Below, piece by piece: positions 52,401 through 64,000 of a DNA stretch of 64,000 nt (position 1 is the stretch's first letter; each line of letters begins with the position of its first letter). The position numbers and the translations under genes were made by a program. The notes beneath the pieces are model-generated. The model did no database searches and was not told the DNA's origin. It saw nothing but the letters and a program-made list of their open reading frames with translations. Origin of the DNA: Histomonas meleagridis 2922-C6/04-290x (taxonomy: Eukaryota; Protista; Parabasalia); contig JAANOX010000214.1 in the NCBI GenBank assembly GCA_020184695.1, positions 62,001 to 126,000 on the forward strand. The letters run 5' to 3'.

Positions 52401-53559
52401 AAGGATACCATATGCAGCACAAAGGACATTATGTTGAATCCATCTTCTTAATCTCATATACGAGGAAGACAAGAACCGGATCAATATGAAAGAAAATATC
52501 GTGCTTGGACGAAAAAAAAAAAAAAATTTAAAGATTTAAACAGCGACTTTGGTGGTGATCCCAATAAATAAATGATATATTTTCCTGATCGCTCTCCAGA
52601 GTCAATAATAAAGAAAATAATTGACCTCAAGTAAAATTTTTGACTATAGAGTACCGGGCAAAATACCTTTAAGTCGGGAAAAACCCTTTTAAGGGTGTCT
52701 CTATGAAACACTGGAGTAAATCTCACAAAGAGTGATGAAAAGAATACATTGTCATGATTCATATATTGTGAATATTTTCCATTAGTCTATTCAATTTTCG
52801 ATCTTGTGAGAAGAGTATAAGATCACAACAGATTCTAAACCTTTTTAGTTGTCTTATCAAATGGGAAATCGATTTCTAAAACAATCTTATCATGATGAAT
52901 TCGCAAAAAATAAGATAAATTAAGAAATCTGCTTTTTAGTGAGCCTCCGCTATCGGTCACCCGATAGACTCATCTAGGTGCCCTGTTTTTCTAAGGAACG
53001 AAAAAGATCAATTTAGACATTACTATTGAGTATTTTATCGATTGCATACAATCAATTAATCATTTTTATACTAAAAAATCAAATATATTGTGTTTTTAAA
53101 AATCTTTGTTCTCATTTCGATGATGAAAAAAAATATAAAAAAATTTGCAAAACCTGGTAGGTTTCGAACTATCTACTTTTACATGTAAAAACTGTTGATT
53201 AAAATGGAAATATTTCAAATAAGCTACAAAGGATTTCTAATTTCCAGTCTTGATGCTAAATATAGTTATTCGATTTAAAGGGGTTTTTCCCGGTACTATC
53301 TTATGATAAATATTTATCTATATTATCTTGATAAAACAAGTGACAACCTGCATTCAAAATTCGCTACTCTACTCCCCATTATTTTGTGCATAATTAGTCG
53401 GAACCACTCTACTATTATTTCTGAAAAAATGAATTTAGATGATAATCAAACGAACAACAATTGCGCATCCGTAGAAAACAGTCAAAAATATATTGTATTA
53501 CAATTGGAATATGAAAATCCTATAAAAAATTCGAAGATTTACAAAATTCAATAAGAACA

Positions 53560-55150
53560 TCAAGATAATATCAAATACTTTATGGCTGAAAAATCAAAAT
53601 TATCAGCACTGTTTGTTTTTGAATTGCAAACGAATCAAACTGTTCTCAAAGCCACTAGACATAGTGTCAGTTACTTGAGTGAAATATCAAGTAAGTTAAC
53701 TAATGGGAATAACATATTAAAATCGAAAAATAATAAATTAAAATGTGAAAAATCGGAAATATTCTATGAAATAAATAATGTAAAAAGTAAAATTACACAA
53801 TGAATTATAAATTTGATAATCAAAATTTTATATGAAAATTCTTAAAAAAATAAAATTAAATTATGTGGAATTGAAGAAAATTTAAAAAAATTAAAAGATC
53901 ATAATGAAATGGAAAAAGAGAAATTAGTTAGTGCATTTATAGATAAACATTATGAAAACTCAAGGAAAAAACTAATTCGAATTATATTATTATTATTATT
54001 ATCCAGATTTGAAGACATTTTATACAATGATAAGTTATATCGGGAAATATCGGTATTCAATATCACAACAAATTTTTGAGTTAGTTTGATGTCGTACAAC
54101 ATAAAGATATCGAAATAAATTCTCAAATAAAATAGGAATATCATTCGATATATTTGATGGAAATCCACAAAATTTGCAAACTTTATCTAATATTTATTGT
54201 AAAAATAATGACGATAGAAGATATGTTTTATTTATTGATGCGATATTTTCGAAATCATATGTAATAAATCAAAAAATGGTATCGTTAAAGGATTGAAATA
54301 TACAAAGTCTATAAGTAGAGGGAAGAAGCAATTAAAATTATAATAGAAGATGATAATGAATTTAATATATTTATTGAATCTAAACAAAATAAAATCGAAA
54401 ATTATATCTTCGCAATTTATATGTGTTCAGTTAATTTATTAGCAATATCATTTCCTATTATTTTAATACCAAGTCCAATCAGAAATTATTCAAATACATT
54501 ATTAAATATCTCATATAATATAAAAAACACATCAATCAAAAATAATTGAAATAACATAATTGGAACGTCTTTTGTCTATAGAAATCCCGAATATTATGAA
54601 TTATTGAATTTCGTATACAAAAAAATTATCGAAATCGAATAATATAATTTTAATTATCCTGTAAATATCGGAAACTTTTTTTCACCACATGAATTTGATT
54701 TTAGCTCCCCCCCCCCACTTTTTTTTCTGAAATGTATACGCTATAGACTCGTAAAAAATATTTCAATATATTACTCTTTATCTTGTCATAAAGCTACAAT
54801 ATACACTGATTCTTATATTAGTATAGGAATCCCAAATTATTTACTTGATTTACATCATTCCAGAAGAATGGAGGTCAACCTTGCTCTTCTCAGCATATGA
54901 AAAAATCAAAAAACTGTAAAGGATTAACACTGTTAGATGAACAATCATGTGTGAAATATTTCACTTTAACACTTTTTCTGATGGGAAATATAATACAAGA
55001 ATCTAGAACTTCATTATAAGCATTGGGAACACATTATACTGAACACTTTTTTGCTTAGTTAAGAAGAATTTCACATTATGATAGCAGAACAGCTAAATTT
55101 TTATGAGCCCTAGTTTCTGATCTCTTATTTGAGTTAAGCTACAAAAACAA
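53560..55150 (+). mobile_element. Decayed, near full-length P-element-like transposase
   Basis: Coiled-coil N-terminus, then fragments LLIDAIF, FAIYMCSVN, KCIRYRL and GTHYTEHFF, in the order expected for P-like D..D..H..E enzymes. Confidence 0.5.
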
Positions 55151-55454
55151 TCGAAATGTTAGTTCACCAATAAGGGCATCATCAAATGCTGCAATATTCT
55201 CACCAGATCCAAATTTTTATTTCAAAACTTTATATATTTCAATAAATGAAGTTTCAAATTTTTATATTAATTATACTGATTTTTCGAATTATGTTGTAAA
55301 AAATAATTCGCCCTTTAAAAATGCATTCCACTTTTGAATACTTTACATATTTGTTAAAAAAAATAATTAGGTCCAACAAATGAACTTATTTTTTGAATGT
55401 TCTACAAATTCATTTATTTTGATGAACGCTCCATTAAATAACCAACCTATCTAG

Positions 55455-55637
55455 TTGGAGGATCAACTTCGTCAAGAAATTCCAAATCTTGGAGTCGAAG
55501 GTATGATGCAAAAGTACCATGTAGGAAGAAAAATGGTATATAATCTTTGCATCGAATTAGGAATAGAAATTCCTAGAAGAGGTCAACGGCCTCATGACAT
55601 TCCAACTGAATTTGTGGATTATATCCAAAGATTCTAA
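55455..55637 (+). mobile_element. Truncated HTH fragment, possibly from an IS481-like/rve integrase element
   Basis: KYHVGRKMVYNLC..RRGQRPHDIPTEFVDYIQ is HTH-like; no catalytic domain follows. Confidence 0.3.
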
Positions 55638-55849
55638 TTTTTAATCAATCTTTTTTTCTTTTGTATGAGGCTTTCGCCAGGCTTGTTAATCGAAGCCTGG
55701 AGTCCGATGTTAGAGATCGATCACTATGATGGAAGGGTACCCTTCTTGCATTTTTTGTATCGATGCACTTTATTTTTAGTTTTTTCGTTGCTATTGTTGT
55801 ACCACAACCGTCAGTTCAATCAAAACAGCCCAAACACTGCAGGCCCGAA

Positions 55850-55918
55850 TCGATGGCTATGATCGGTATATATTGAAAACGCTACGTTTTTTCAATATAT
55901 ACCGATCATAGCCATCGA
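55850..55918. repeat. 30-bp perfect inverted repeat with a 9-nt spacer
   Basis: TCGATGGCTATGATCGGTATATATTGAAAA (55850-55879) and its exact reverse complement (55889-55918). Confidence 0.95.
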
Positions 55919-56459
55919 CAGTGCCCATATATCTACTAACTTGACGATATTGATATAAACTACTCAATTAATTTTTTGAGGTTATCAAAGTCATCAAAAA
56001 GTTCGAATAACCTTTTGCTATAGATTTTTCAAATTATATGATTTTATATAGAAATGTTCAATAACAGATAAAGATTATGATTTTTAAAAACAGAAATTTA
56101 GTGTTGAATAAATTCTCTAATGCATGAGTACAAGAAACACAGGAATGGTTGCAGCAGGAGGCTGAAAAATGTCTTTGGTTACATATCATCTGTTCTGATG
56201 ATTATAAACAAAAACCTGACCCACTCAATAGCCTGCTACAGCTATTTCTTTATCATAGTTCTATCTATTCGATATTATCATTAGTGTAATTGTACTCCCT
56301 GCCATCGATGTTGCTGCAGTGAATATCAACCATAAGATTCATTAAGTCGATTTGTTAGAAAAATTAATGAAGTATTTGAAAGCAACAAATTAATTAATAA
56401 AACTGTAGTATTTAACCCAACTAAAGAACTTACATAAAAAGATGTTTTGAATGATTAAT

Positions 56460-57310
56460 TTTATACATTTAACGTAAATCAATTAGATAGAAATAATATA
56501 CCCTTCAGTCGCTTCATTTCGTAATTTTTTAGAATATTCAAAAACTTCATTGAACTTTGACTTTTGTAAACATTTTCAAATTTGAGTTAAATCTTCTTGT
56601 TTTTTCATTATAAAAGAGAACCAAATGTCACAACAGAACAAGAAATAATGTGGATAAATAAAATTACTAATTTGTTAACAACTGTACCACATTCTCGAAT
56701 AATCAATTGCGACAAAACTTCTTAATGCCTCTATCCCAAAGGTTTATTAACCTGGGTCATAATTGGGGAAGACAATATTAAAACTTTGATTCGTGGAAAT
56801 GAAAAAGACAACATCACTGTTTTGGCAAGTATAACTGCAGACGGGCAGAAACTACCATTAATGTTCGTAGCGCGTGGTAAAACTGAGAGAGTTGAAGATT
56901 CGCAGATCGGTGATATAAGTCCTCATTGGCGAACACCAAATGGATGGATGACTAATGAAGCATTTGAGATCTATTTGAAAAAACTGAGGGAACACTTTGA
57001 AGACGAAGAACCCATTTACCTAATTTTATATAGCTATTCTATTCACAAAAGTGAGATGACCAAGAATTTGGCAGAGAAATTGAAGATATTTCTGTACTTT
57101 ATTCCACCCGGAATGACAGATGCTTTTCAACCTTTGGATCGAAAAATATTTGGTATAGTAAAAGCGCATGCCAAAAGATTTTATCGCCTAAGGGTAAAAG
57201 AATCAAAAGGGCTAGTTGTTAAGCCGGATGCATGTCAAGACATGATCAAATCGTGGAACCAAATCCATGATTCTTTCTTTATAGATGCGTGAGATATCTA
57301 CTTCTAATTA
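56460..57310 (+). mobile_element. Pogo/Tigger-like (DDE_1) transposase remnant
   Basis: RIINCDKTS, KDNITVLASITADGQKLPLMFVARGK, NGWMT, LILYSYSIH and IPPGMTDAFQPLD motifs. Confidence 0.85.
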
Positions 57311-58499
57311 AAGATAAATCTAAAATTGGATGTGTTTTGTGTTTTATTCGTCTTATTTATAAATATATTCATATTTTATGACTGAGTTCACTTCTATAAA
57401 TATCATATTGCATTCAAAAAGTTAAAAATAATGATCTAATGAAGTCTTAAAAAACAAAAATAAGAGGGAAAAAATTCTAATAATTTTTTCTTCTTAATAA
57501 TCGCAAGTATGTAATATTTTTATAACATCGTAGGGGTATTCTCGCAAAAATATCAGTTAGATGATGTGAAAAAATATAAACAAAAGATCTGATCACATTA
57601 AAATTCTTGAATTTATTAAATCTTTTGATACCATTAGAAAGGAACTTCATAATATTTTTTATTTATAAACTCTAATTTGGCATAAACTTATTTTTTTAGG
57701 GGTAATAGTTTCAGAGAATTTGAACGCAAAAACTAACATTGCTATTTTTATTAATTATATTAAATATTATCTTAAACGAATTAGAAAATTGTTGGGGGGA
57801 GGATTCATAAAGCACAGTTCATTATTTCAAATTTCGAAATTATTTCATGAAAAAGTAAAAATCAAAAATTTTAAAATTTACATAATCATTATCAAAATTT
57901 AACTCAATAAGTAATAAATATTTTTATATGAATTGCTAATAAAAATATATAGTATAGTTCAGTAAATAAGGTTTTATAAGAATGATAAATTTTCTTTTAT
58001 ATGTGATTCAAAATTGAAATATTTTGTACGTTAAGTGCGTAGAAAAAGTTGATATTGAAAAAATTACGAAATGAAGCGACTGAAGGGTATTAGCTTCTTT
58101 ATGTCTTTATCTTAAGGAGTACTGTAACCGTTCTTGGGAATGAAATGAAAAAAAATGATCCTAAAATAATATGTAAACATTTTTGATATATGAGTTTATT
58201 GAATCAAATAAATATTTTCTAGTGAATAATTTGGTGAAGAAATATTTGATTTAAATAAATAATCAGAGGTCAAAAATTTTATCGAAAAAAACTCGACGTA
58301 CTTTTATGGTAGATTTTATGCTATTCTCAATGAACCTAGTCTCATGTCTATAAGTCTAACCAATCTTAAGTTATTTTTTCGCGAACCTAACATGTTATTA
58401 TTATAATTTTTATCGAGAAAAATAACATGTTATATCATATTTATTACTTTGAATACCTAGGTATTCAAAAAAAAAAAAAAAACTATGTTTGGAAAATAT

Positions 58500-58750
58500 G
58501 AGCTTCTGATATGTAAATGAATCATTATCACAAAGATACCCTATTAGCATGTGGTATTCCTAATAATATTTTTAGAAGTTTTAATTACATTGAAGAATAT
58601 ATGACTGAACAATTAATGAGATAAGATATTGAACAAAATATGATTTCATTCATAAGCCTGTGCTCCACATGTTGCGTCTGCTATTGCAAATATCAAAAAT
58701 TGGAACACATGCTGCGGTCATATAAGATTCTGAGAAATATGAGAAGGGTA
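58500..58750 (+). mobile_element. Possible MULE-like fragment
   Basis: APHVASAIANIKNWNTCCGHIR resembles the Mutator CxxH region; weak. Confidence 0.25.
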
Positions 58751-59079
58751 TTATTAATTTTTCGAAATTAAATTTTAATCATTTTTCTGATTGAAGAAAT
58801 ATTGAAGAAAGTCACTACAAAGAAAAGATTAACTAATTAAATGATCATATTTCAAAATTCATTAAGAATAAAATTAATAAACAACGAAACAAAAAAGGAA
58901 AGTGGTTGAAATGATAGTAGGTTGTATATTATATATATATCAAAAAGAATAAGATTTGATTTTGTTGGCTTAAAATAAAGATGGAATTTATTTATGATCG
59001 GTTTTTTCGATATTTTTACATAGGAGATTATTCAAATAACTTTTGATGCACGATGCAGTTCAATCATTGATGATTGGGC

Positions 59080-59640
59080 TTTTTATATATTGCTGCGAAA
59101 ATAATTGTAGAAGCTGTAATTCCCAAATATATTCTATAGTTTTTATCTTGCCAACGGCCTATGGCAAATCCATAAAATTGAGCATTCCTCAAAATATTTT
59201 TTATTTATTCTTTAATTGAAATAAATAATTTATGTACTTCACGTACTAAAATAGAACTTGATTGAAGTTCAATCAATCACTTAAGTATGTTAAAAATGGA
59301 TGGCCATATAGAATAACAAAAACTTTCAGACGATAAATTGTTTTTGTTATAATATTTCATTCAATAATTCATTATTATCATCATTTAAATCATCATAATT
59401 ACGATACACTCTCACAGTGACCAGAAATATTTGAAATTGTATTTGAAATTTTTAGCCATTTTCTACATTTCGTGCAATAGAAAATTTGTTTTTCTCTATT
59501 ATTTCATGGATCAATATATTTGAGTATTTGATGCTTTAATATGAGTAAATTTTTCGATTTTTGTCTATTGTAGGTCTGACTGGATTAGTAAATTCATCAT
59601 AAGGAAGATCATGTAAATAGCCTTTTGATTGTGATATGAT
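59080..59640 (-). mobile_element. Decayed hAT-like transposase with BED zinc finger
   Basis: FYCTKCRKWLKISNTISNISGHC (59483-59414), then GHPF, then FAIGRWQDKNYRIFGITA (about 59168-59115), in hAT order. Confidence 0.6.
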
Positions 59641-60989
59641 TAATGGCTTGATGTACGTTAAAATGTCATTTTTATTAAGGGTTCCCGAAAAAATTTTCTA
59701 TCAAATTCTCCTATCGATAAGGAGAAAAAAATTTGATCAATGACGAAAATAGAAGTATCCATGTATCTGTGTCAAAGTATTGAAATTTGATACTTATTTC
59801 ATTTTTGAAAAAGTGGAAATATGGCTCCAAGTATTTGGTGGTTGTAGTAGTGCACTATGGGTACCAGTATATTTTTTCCCTGTGCAAGACGGAACGAAAA
59901 ACACACCTCGCAAATTTGGTATCCTCCTGACTCGAATGAGAATAATACAGGAACACTAGATTCTATGTAATTATCATAGACACTTATTAAATTAAAAAAT
60001 AAAAAAAATTAATACGTTCACAATTTTCAATATCGTTTGGCGGCTTCTTTTATGTTTCAAAATTTAAATGTTATTAATGCAGTAATTACTAGCTGAAGCT
60101 GACACAATATCATTAGCAAATGTTTCAACTGGAGCAAAAAATACATATAATTGATTATTTATTTATCTGTGCAGATTTGTATGTAATGATAAATTTAATC
60201 GATGTAGAAATTGAAATGAAAATTTCATAAGCTCGTTATAAATAAACATCATGATATTGAAAATTCTAAATTAATCGAAAATTGTGACCGAAATTATTTT
60301 TTTTTCATTTTTAAATACAAAAAGTGGCATGATGTGAATTTAAAATATGCATTTGAAATAATTCAAAAAGTTGAAAGTCAAAAAGTGCTCTTCTTTTGAT
60401 TGCGACATTTTTGAATTTCTTCTCATTTCTACAATCATATGGTTAATTAGTTGATGATGTAAAATTAGTCATATAACTGGAAAATGAGTGATTTTTCATA
60501 CATCATTTGAATAATTAAGTATGCGGTGGTTTCGTTTTGATGTATTGGTATACAGATAAAATCGAAAGATTTATCTTAGTGTTTTAGTTCTTTTATCTTC
60601 CATATTCATTTAAAGCATTTTCGAGACGGTAATGAGAAAATTTAGAACAGTTACGAAAATAATAAACGGTTATAACAGTCGTTTTAAAAAAGGAAATAAA
60701 ATCAATCCTGATCATCCAAGAATCATATATCAGGCATATCTCACATAGCCAAAAGGTTATGCCAAAGAATTATGTATAATATCGGAATATAAATTAACCA
60801 ATATATACTCAGATAATAAATTCTAAGGTAATATTGAGAATCATTATGGAAACTAAATGAAAAAATGGTCACCACAAATGATTTCGATTGTCATTGACTA
60901 TACAGAAAACATTAACACGCAGGTAACTCTAAAAGAACCTCGTGATATTATGGTTAATGATTTCTATTTCAACATTATGGAGCTATTTG

Positions 60990-61102
60990 ACACACACACA
61001 CACAAGTCCTGGCTAGCTTGGGTAGCACCCTGCGCTTTAGCCTACGGCTTGCTCTTCGGCGCCTTGCGCCTCGGTGTGTTGGTTCGCTCAGAGCTAGTCA
61101 AG
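60990..61102. other. (AC)7 tract followed by a GC-rich multi-hairpin cassette
   Basis: GGGT-AGC-ACCC (61020-61030), AGCC-TAC-GGCT (61039-61049) and GGCGC-CTT-GCGCC (61058-61070), enclosed by an imperfect stem 61008-61018/61092-61102. Confidence 0.75.
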
Positions 61103-61559
61103 CAAAACCACCCTTTCAATTTATTATCAAAAAGTGAAAACAAAAACAATAATATCTTGTTATTTGATAGACATTAAAATATATATTATAGATTGCAGAG
61201 CATAAAATTAAAAATAATTATGTGTTATATCATTATAATAACAATATTATTTGTATACATGTTGAAATAAAAAGGCATTTTTTTCTTAATAATTGCTCGT
61301 GGAATCAATTTTTTTATTTAAAAAAATATTATAATAATCACAATATAGAGCATTTCAAACACTCAGAATGCTCATATTTTTTTCGTGTTGTTTTTTGAGA
61401 TATATCTATTTTTAAAAAAATAAATTTAATTTTTAATGGTTTATTAGAAGAACGTTTAAATCCACTTTTGATTTCATGCAAGCAAATATCAAAATAATGG
61501 ATTTGAGCAAACAAAATAAGCATTTAATGAAGGAAAACAAATACCTCAAGATGAGCATT

Positions 61560-62080
61560 GCTAAATTACAAAGTGATTTACAAGTTTTGCAAGACCAAAA
61601 AGATGAATTTATTACTGGAGGTTCAAATGTACTCGAATATTGAGCAAAATTGGTTTCTTTCAGAATGTTTGAAAAAAATGATTGTCTTAGTTCTCACAGA
61701 AGATATTCTAATAAAATGATTAAATTTTGTGAAGCTTTATACATAATATCTCCCAAAGCCTATAAGTTACTTCGAGAAATAATTAAAATTCCAAGCAAAT
61801 CAATCTTATTCAAAAACTTTTCCAGTACCATTTCAAATATTAAAAATTCCTTTCTATCAAATGAATTGAATCAAAAATACATTTTAATTCAAAAGCTTTG
61901 TCTGTCACAAAAAATTCCAGTTTCAATCTCTATCGATGCAACAGTTGCATCACCTCATCCTTTGTTTACTCATGACAATGTTAATAATGTTTTTTTAATT
62001 CAAATTCAGCCAATATGTCATGATTTTAAGTGTATTCCTGTTTCTGTTATTCCTTCGAAAGGAGGACAAATGAACAATGA
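61560..62080 (+). mobile_element. P-element-like transposase 5' fragment
   Basis: RRYSNKMIKFCEALYIISPKAYKLLREIIKIPSKSIL (P-type N-terminal HTH), ISIDAT and NVFLIQIQPI motifs. Confidence 0.7.
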
Positions 62081-62089
62081 TATGAAATT

Positions 62090-63745
62090 TCGGTTTTTAA
62101 AGGACCTAATTGTGGTGAAGATTTATTGAATTATTTACCAAATAGTTCAACAATATATTTCCATAATTTAGCTTATGATTCAAAATTAATAGCAAAATAT
62201 GGTATTAAAAAATCAACTATTAAAGGGACAAAGGTATTATCAATGGATGTAGAATTTAACAAAAAAATAATTTACTTTAGAGACACTTTACCAATATTAA
62301 CTTGTAAACTTAAGTTATTGCCTTCAATGTTTGGAATTGAAGGTGTTAAAAAAGAAATATTCCCCTATCGTTATTACACTTTACAACGATTAGAGTCAGG
62401 GGTAGGTTTAATTGATGAAGCAGGCATTTACGAGGATAAGCCTTGAAATGAAAACAATTATACAGAATTCTTTAATAACATTATCAACATTGATGAAGCC
62501 ACTTTTAATATGTGGGAACATGCGATCTTTTATTGTAGACAAGACGTAAGAATATTACGTGAAGGCTTTAATCGTTTTTGCTTAGGCTTTCAAGAATCAT
62601 TCGATATTTTATTTTTTCATTATTTATCAATATCATCTTTAGCTAATGCAGTATTTACACAAAAAGTTTATTCAACAAACAATAATTTATTCCAAGTTGG
62701 GGGTCATGTTAAAGCGCTTTATAATAGAGCAGTTTATGGTGGAAGATGCATGACTGCATATAATAAAAAGTGGCACATTAAAGAAGAATTATGTGACTTT
62801 GATGTTGTATCATTATACCCATCAGCAATGGCTAGAATAAGTGTCATTAACGGACTTCCAAAAGTAATTAAAGAAGAACAATTAAATCTAAATTATTTAA
62901 ATAATAATACTAACGCTTATGTAGTTGAAATCATCATTACTAAAGTCAGAAAACATTACCCATTCCTATTAATAGTACAAAGAATTAATGAATTAAATTT
63001 AAATGATAATAATAATATTACTGAAGACAACCCGTTACGGCAAAACAATTGAAAAGCCGATCAACAAGGAATGGAAGTACTTGACAAAAGGTACTCGGGC
63101 AGATAACTATGCCATAGAGAATTACTTTCGAATAATAAAAAGAATTCTGATTAATGATTCTAATATAAAATCATTTGATATAAAGCGTCCTATAGATAAG
63201 CATTTTAACTTATCGTTGTTAGGCGTTCAAATATTAAGCATGTCAAAAAGAATCATGAACGAAGTGATGTGCTTAGCATATGACATTGGCTGTAAAATTT
63301 TTATCAAGATACAGACTCAATGCATATAGTAAAATCGGATTTACCTAAATTAGAAACAGCCTTCGAGGCTAAATATAATAGAAAACTAATAGGTAATAAT
63401 TTAGGGCAATTTCATTCCGATTTTACAAGTGACGATGGTAGAAACGATGTCAACTGCGCAGTTGAAAGCTACTTCATCATGAAGAAAACCTATATCGATA
63501 AACTATTCTATAATGATAGTGGTATAGGTTATATGTCTAGGGCAAAAGTTATACCTACCGATACCAGATATATACATGCGAATCTTTATTACGATGATGA
63601 TATTATGAAATTCTATCGTTCTTTATATAAAGGTGATGAAATAGAATTTAATTTATTATTAGGTACAACCAAATTTAAATTAAATCCTAATCCAACTATC
63701 ACTAATGTTGAAATAGTCCCCGAGAACGTTAAAGACCACATATGA
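62090..63745 (+). mobile_element. Maverick/Polinton protein-primed DNA polymerase B remnant
   Basis: YFHNLAYD (ExoII), FRDTL, YCRQDV (ExoIII), YGGRC, DFDVVSLYPSAM (motif A), YGKT, FYQDTDS (motif C, 63299-63319), LGQFHSDF and KKTY. Stops, frameshifts and an internal deletion are present. Confidence 0.92.
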
Positions 63746-64000
63746 AAAAGGAGACGTTAACAACTATTTTAAATAAGTAAAAAGTGCAATCGTTATTTCG
63801 TATCGTCTTTCTGAATTTTTTTGTTTTGAATGTACAGTTGTATCGTCATTCAAAAAGTGAAAAGTATTGAAATGCTTAACGGTTTTTGAGCGTAACTTTG
63901 AAAATGAATGGTTTTTATTTTATATCTCTCAAAGTCGGGCCATGTAAGATTATATACAATTTATTAAGTATTGAAATCACTACACTGAATTATATGCAAA

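Noticed and set aside
52950-52977. Helitron 3' end (7-bp hairpin CTATCGG/CCGATAG followed by CTAG)
   Set aside because: CTAG is followed by G rather than T, and no Rep/helicase remnant or matching 5' TC end is identifiable.
53150-53200. tRNA-like T-arm (GTTCGAAAC, minus strand); a similar TTCGAGT..ACCA lies at about 59915-59945
   Set aside because: No full cloverleaf (acceptor and D arms are missing). At most these are decayed tRNA fragments, so no tRNA gene is called.
55770-55830. Hammerhead ribozyme on the minus strand (CUGACG...GAAA)
   Set aside because: The core lacks A9, and no compatible stem I/III or NUH cleavage triplet could be built.
48692-63745. Polinton-like virus (YR integrase plus pPolB as one element)
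   Set aside because: The YRs and PolB are more than 10 kb apart, separated by unrelated elements. No capsid, packaging ATPase or protease remnant was recognised.

Overview
AT-rich eukaryotic DNA, almost certainly a trichomonad/parabasalid. This is inferred from near-intronless compact genes, Inr-like TCATTTT just before ATGs, stop codons embedded in TAAA, DUF3447-type ankyrin and BspA genes, an IBD-like gene, and Maverick and mariner remnants; the species cannot be determined here. Bases 1-47,000 are gene-dense, with about 25 genes. They include a coronin-importin-beta-like fusion missed by the ORF track, BTB, ankyrin, HEAT, BspA, PPP phosphatase, Rab11, SGTA-like, a bacterial-type glycosidase-like membrane protein, SANT, TPR, GT-C-like, DENN-IQ, amino-acid transporter, ARM, CK1/TTBK, histone-fold, UBX, PheRS-beta and Med4-like genes. 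Bases 47,000-64,000 are a transposon graveyard: P-like, two tyrosine recombinases, mariner, pogo, hAT, possible MULE and IS481-like pieces, and a Maverick protein-primed PolB remnant. The most striking signal is the ankyrin gene at 5522-7573. Its ankyrin repeats are each cut at the same position by 57-97 nt AT-rich spacers that break the frame, lack usable GT-AG ends, and carry motifs at fixed distances from the 3' junction, which suggests an unrecognised non-canonical splicing or processing system. Second is a tyrosine-recombinase-only element bounded by about 58-bp inverted repeats (49643-52024). All family calls are by eye from motifs; no database searches were run.
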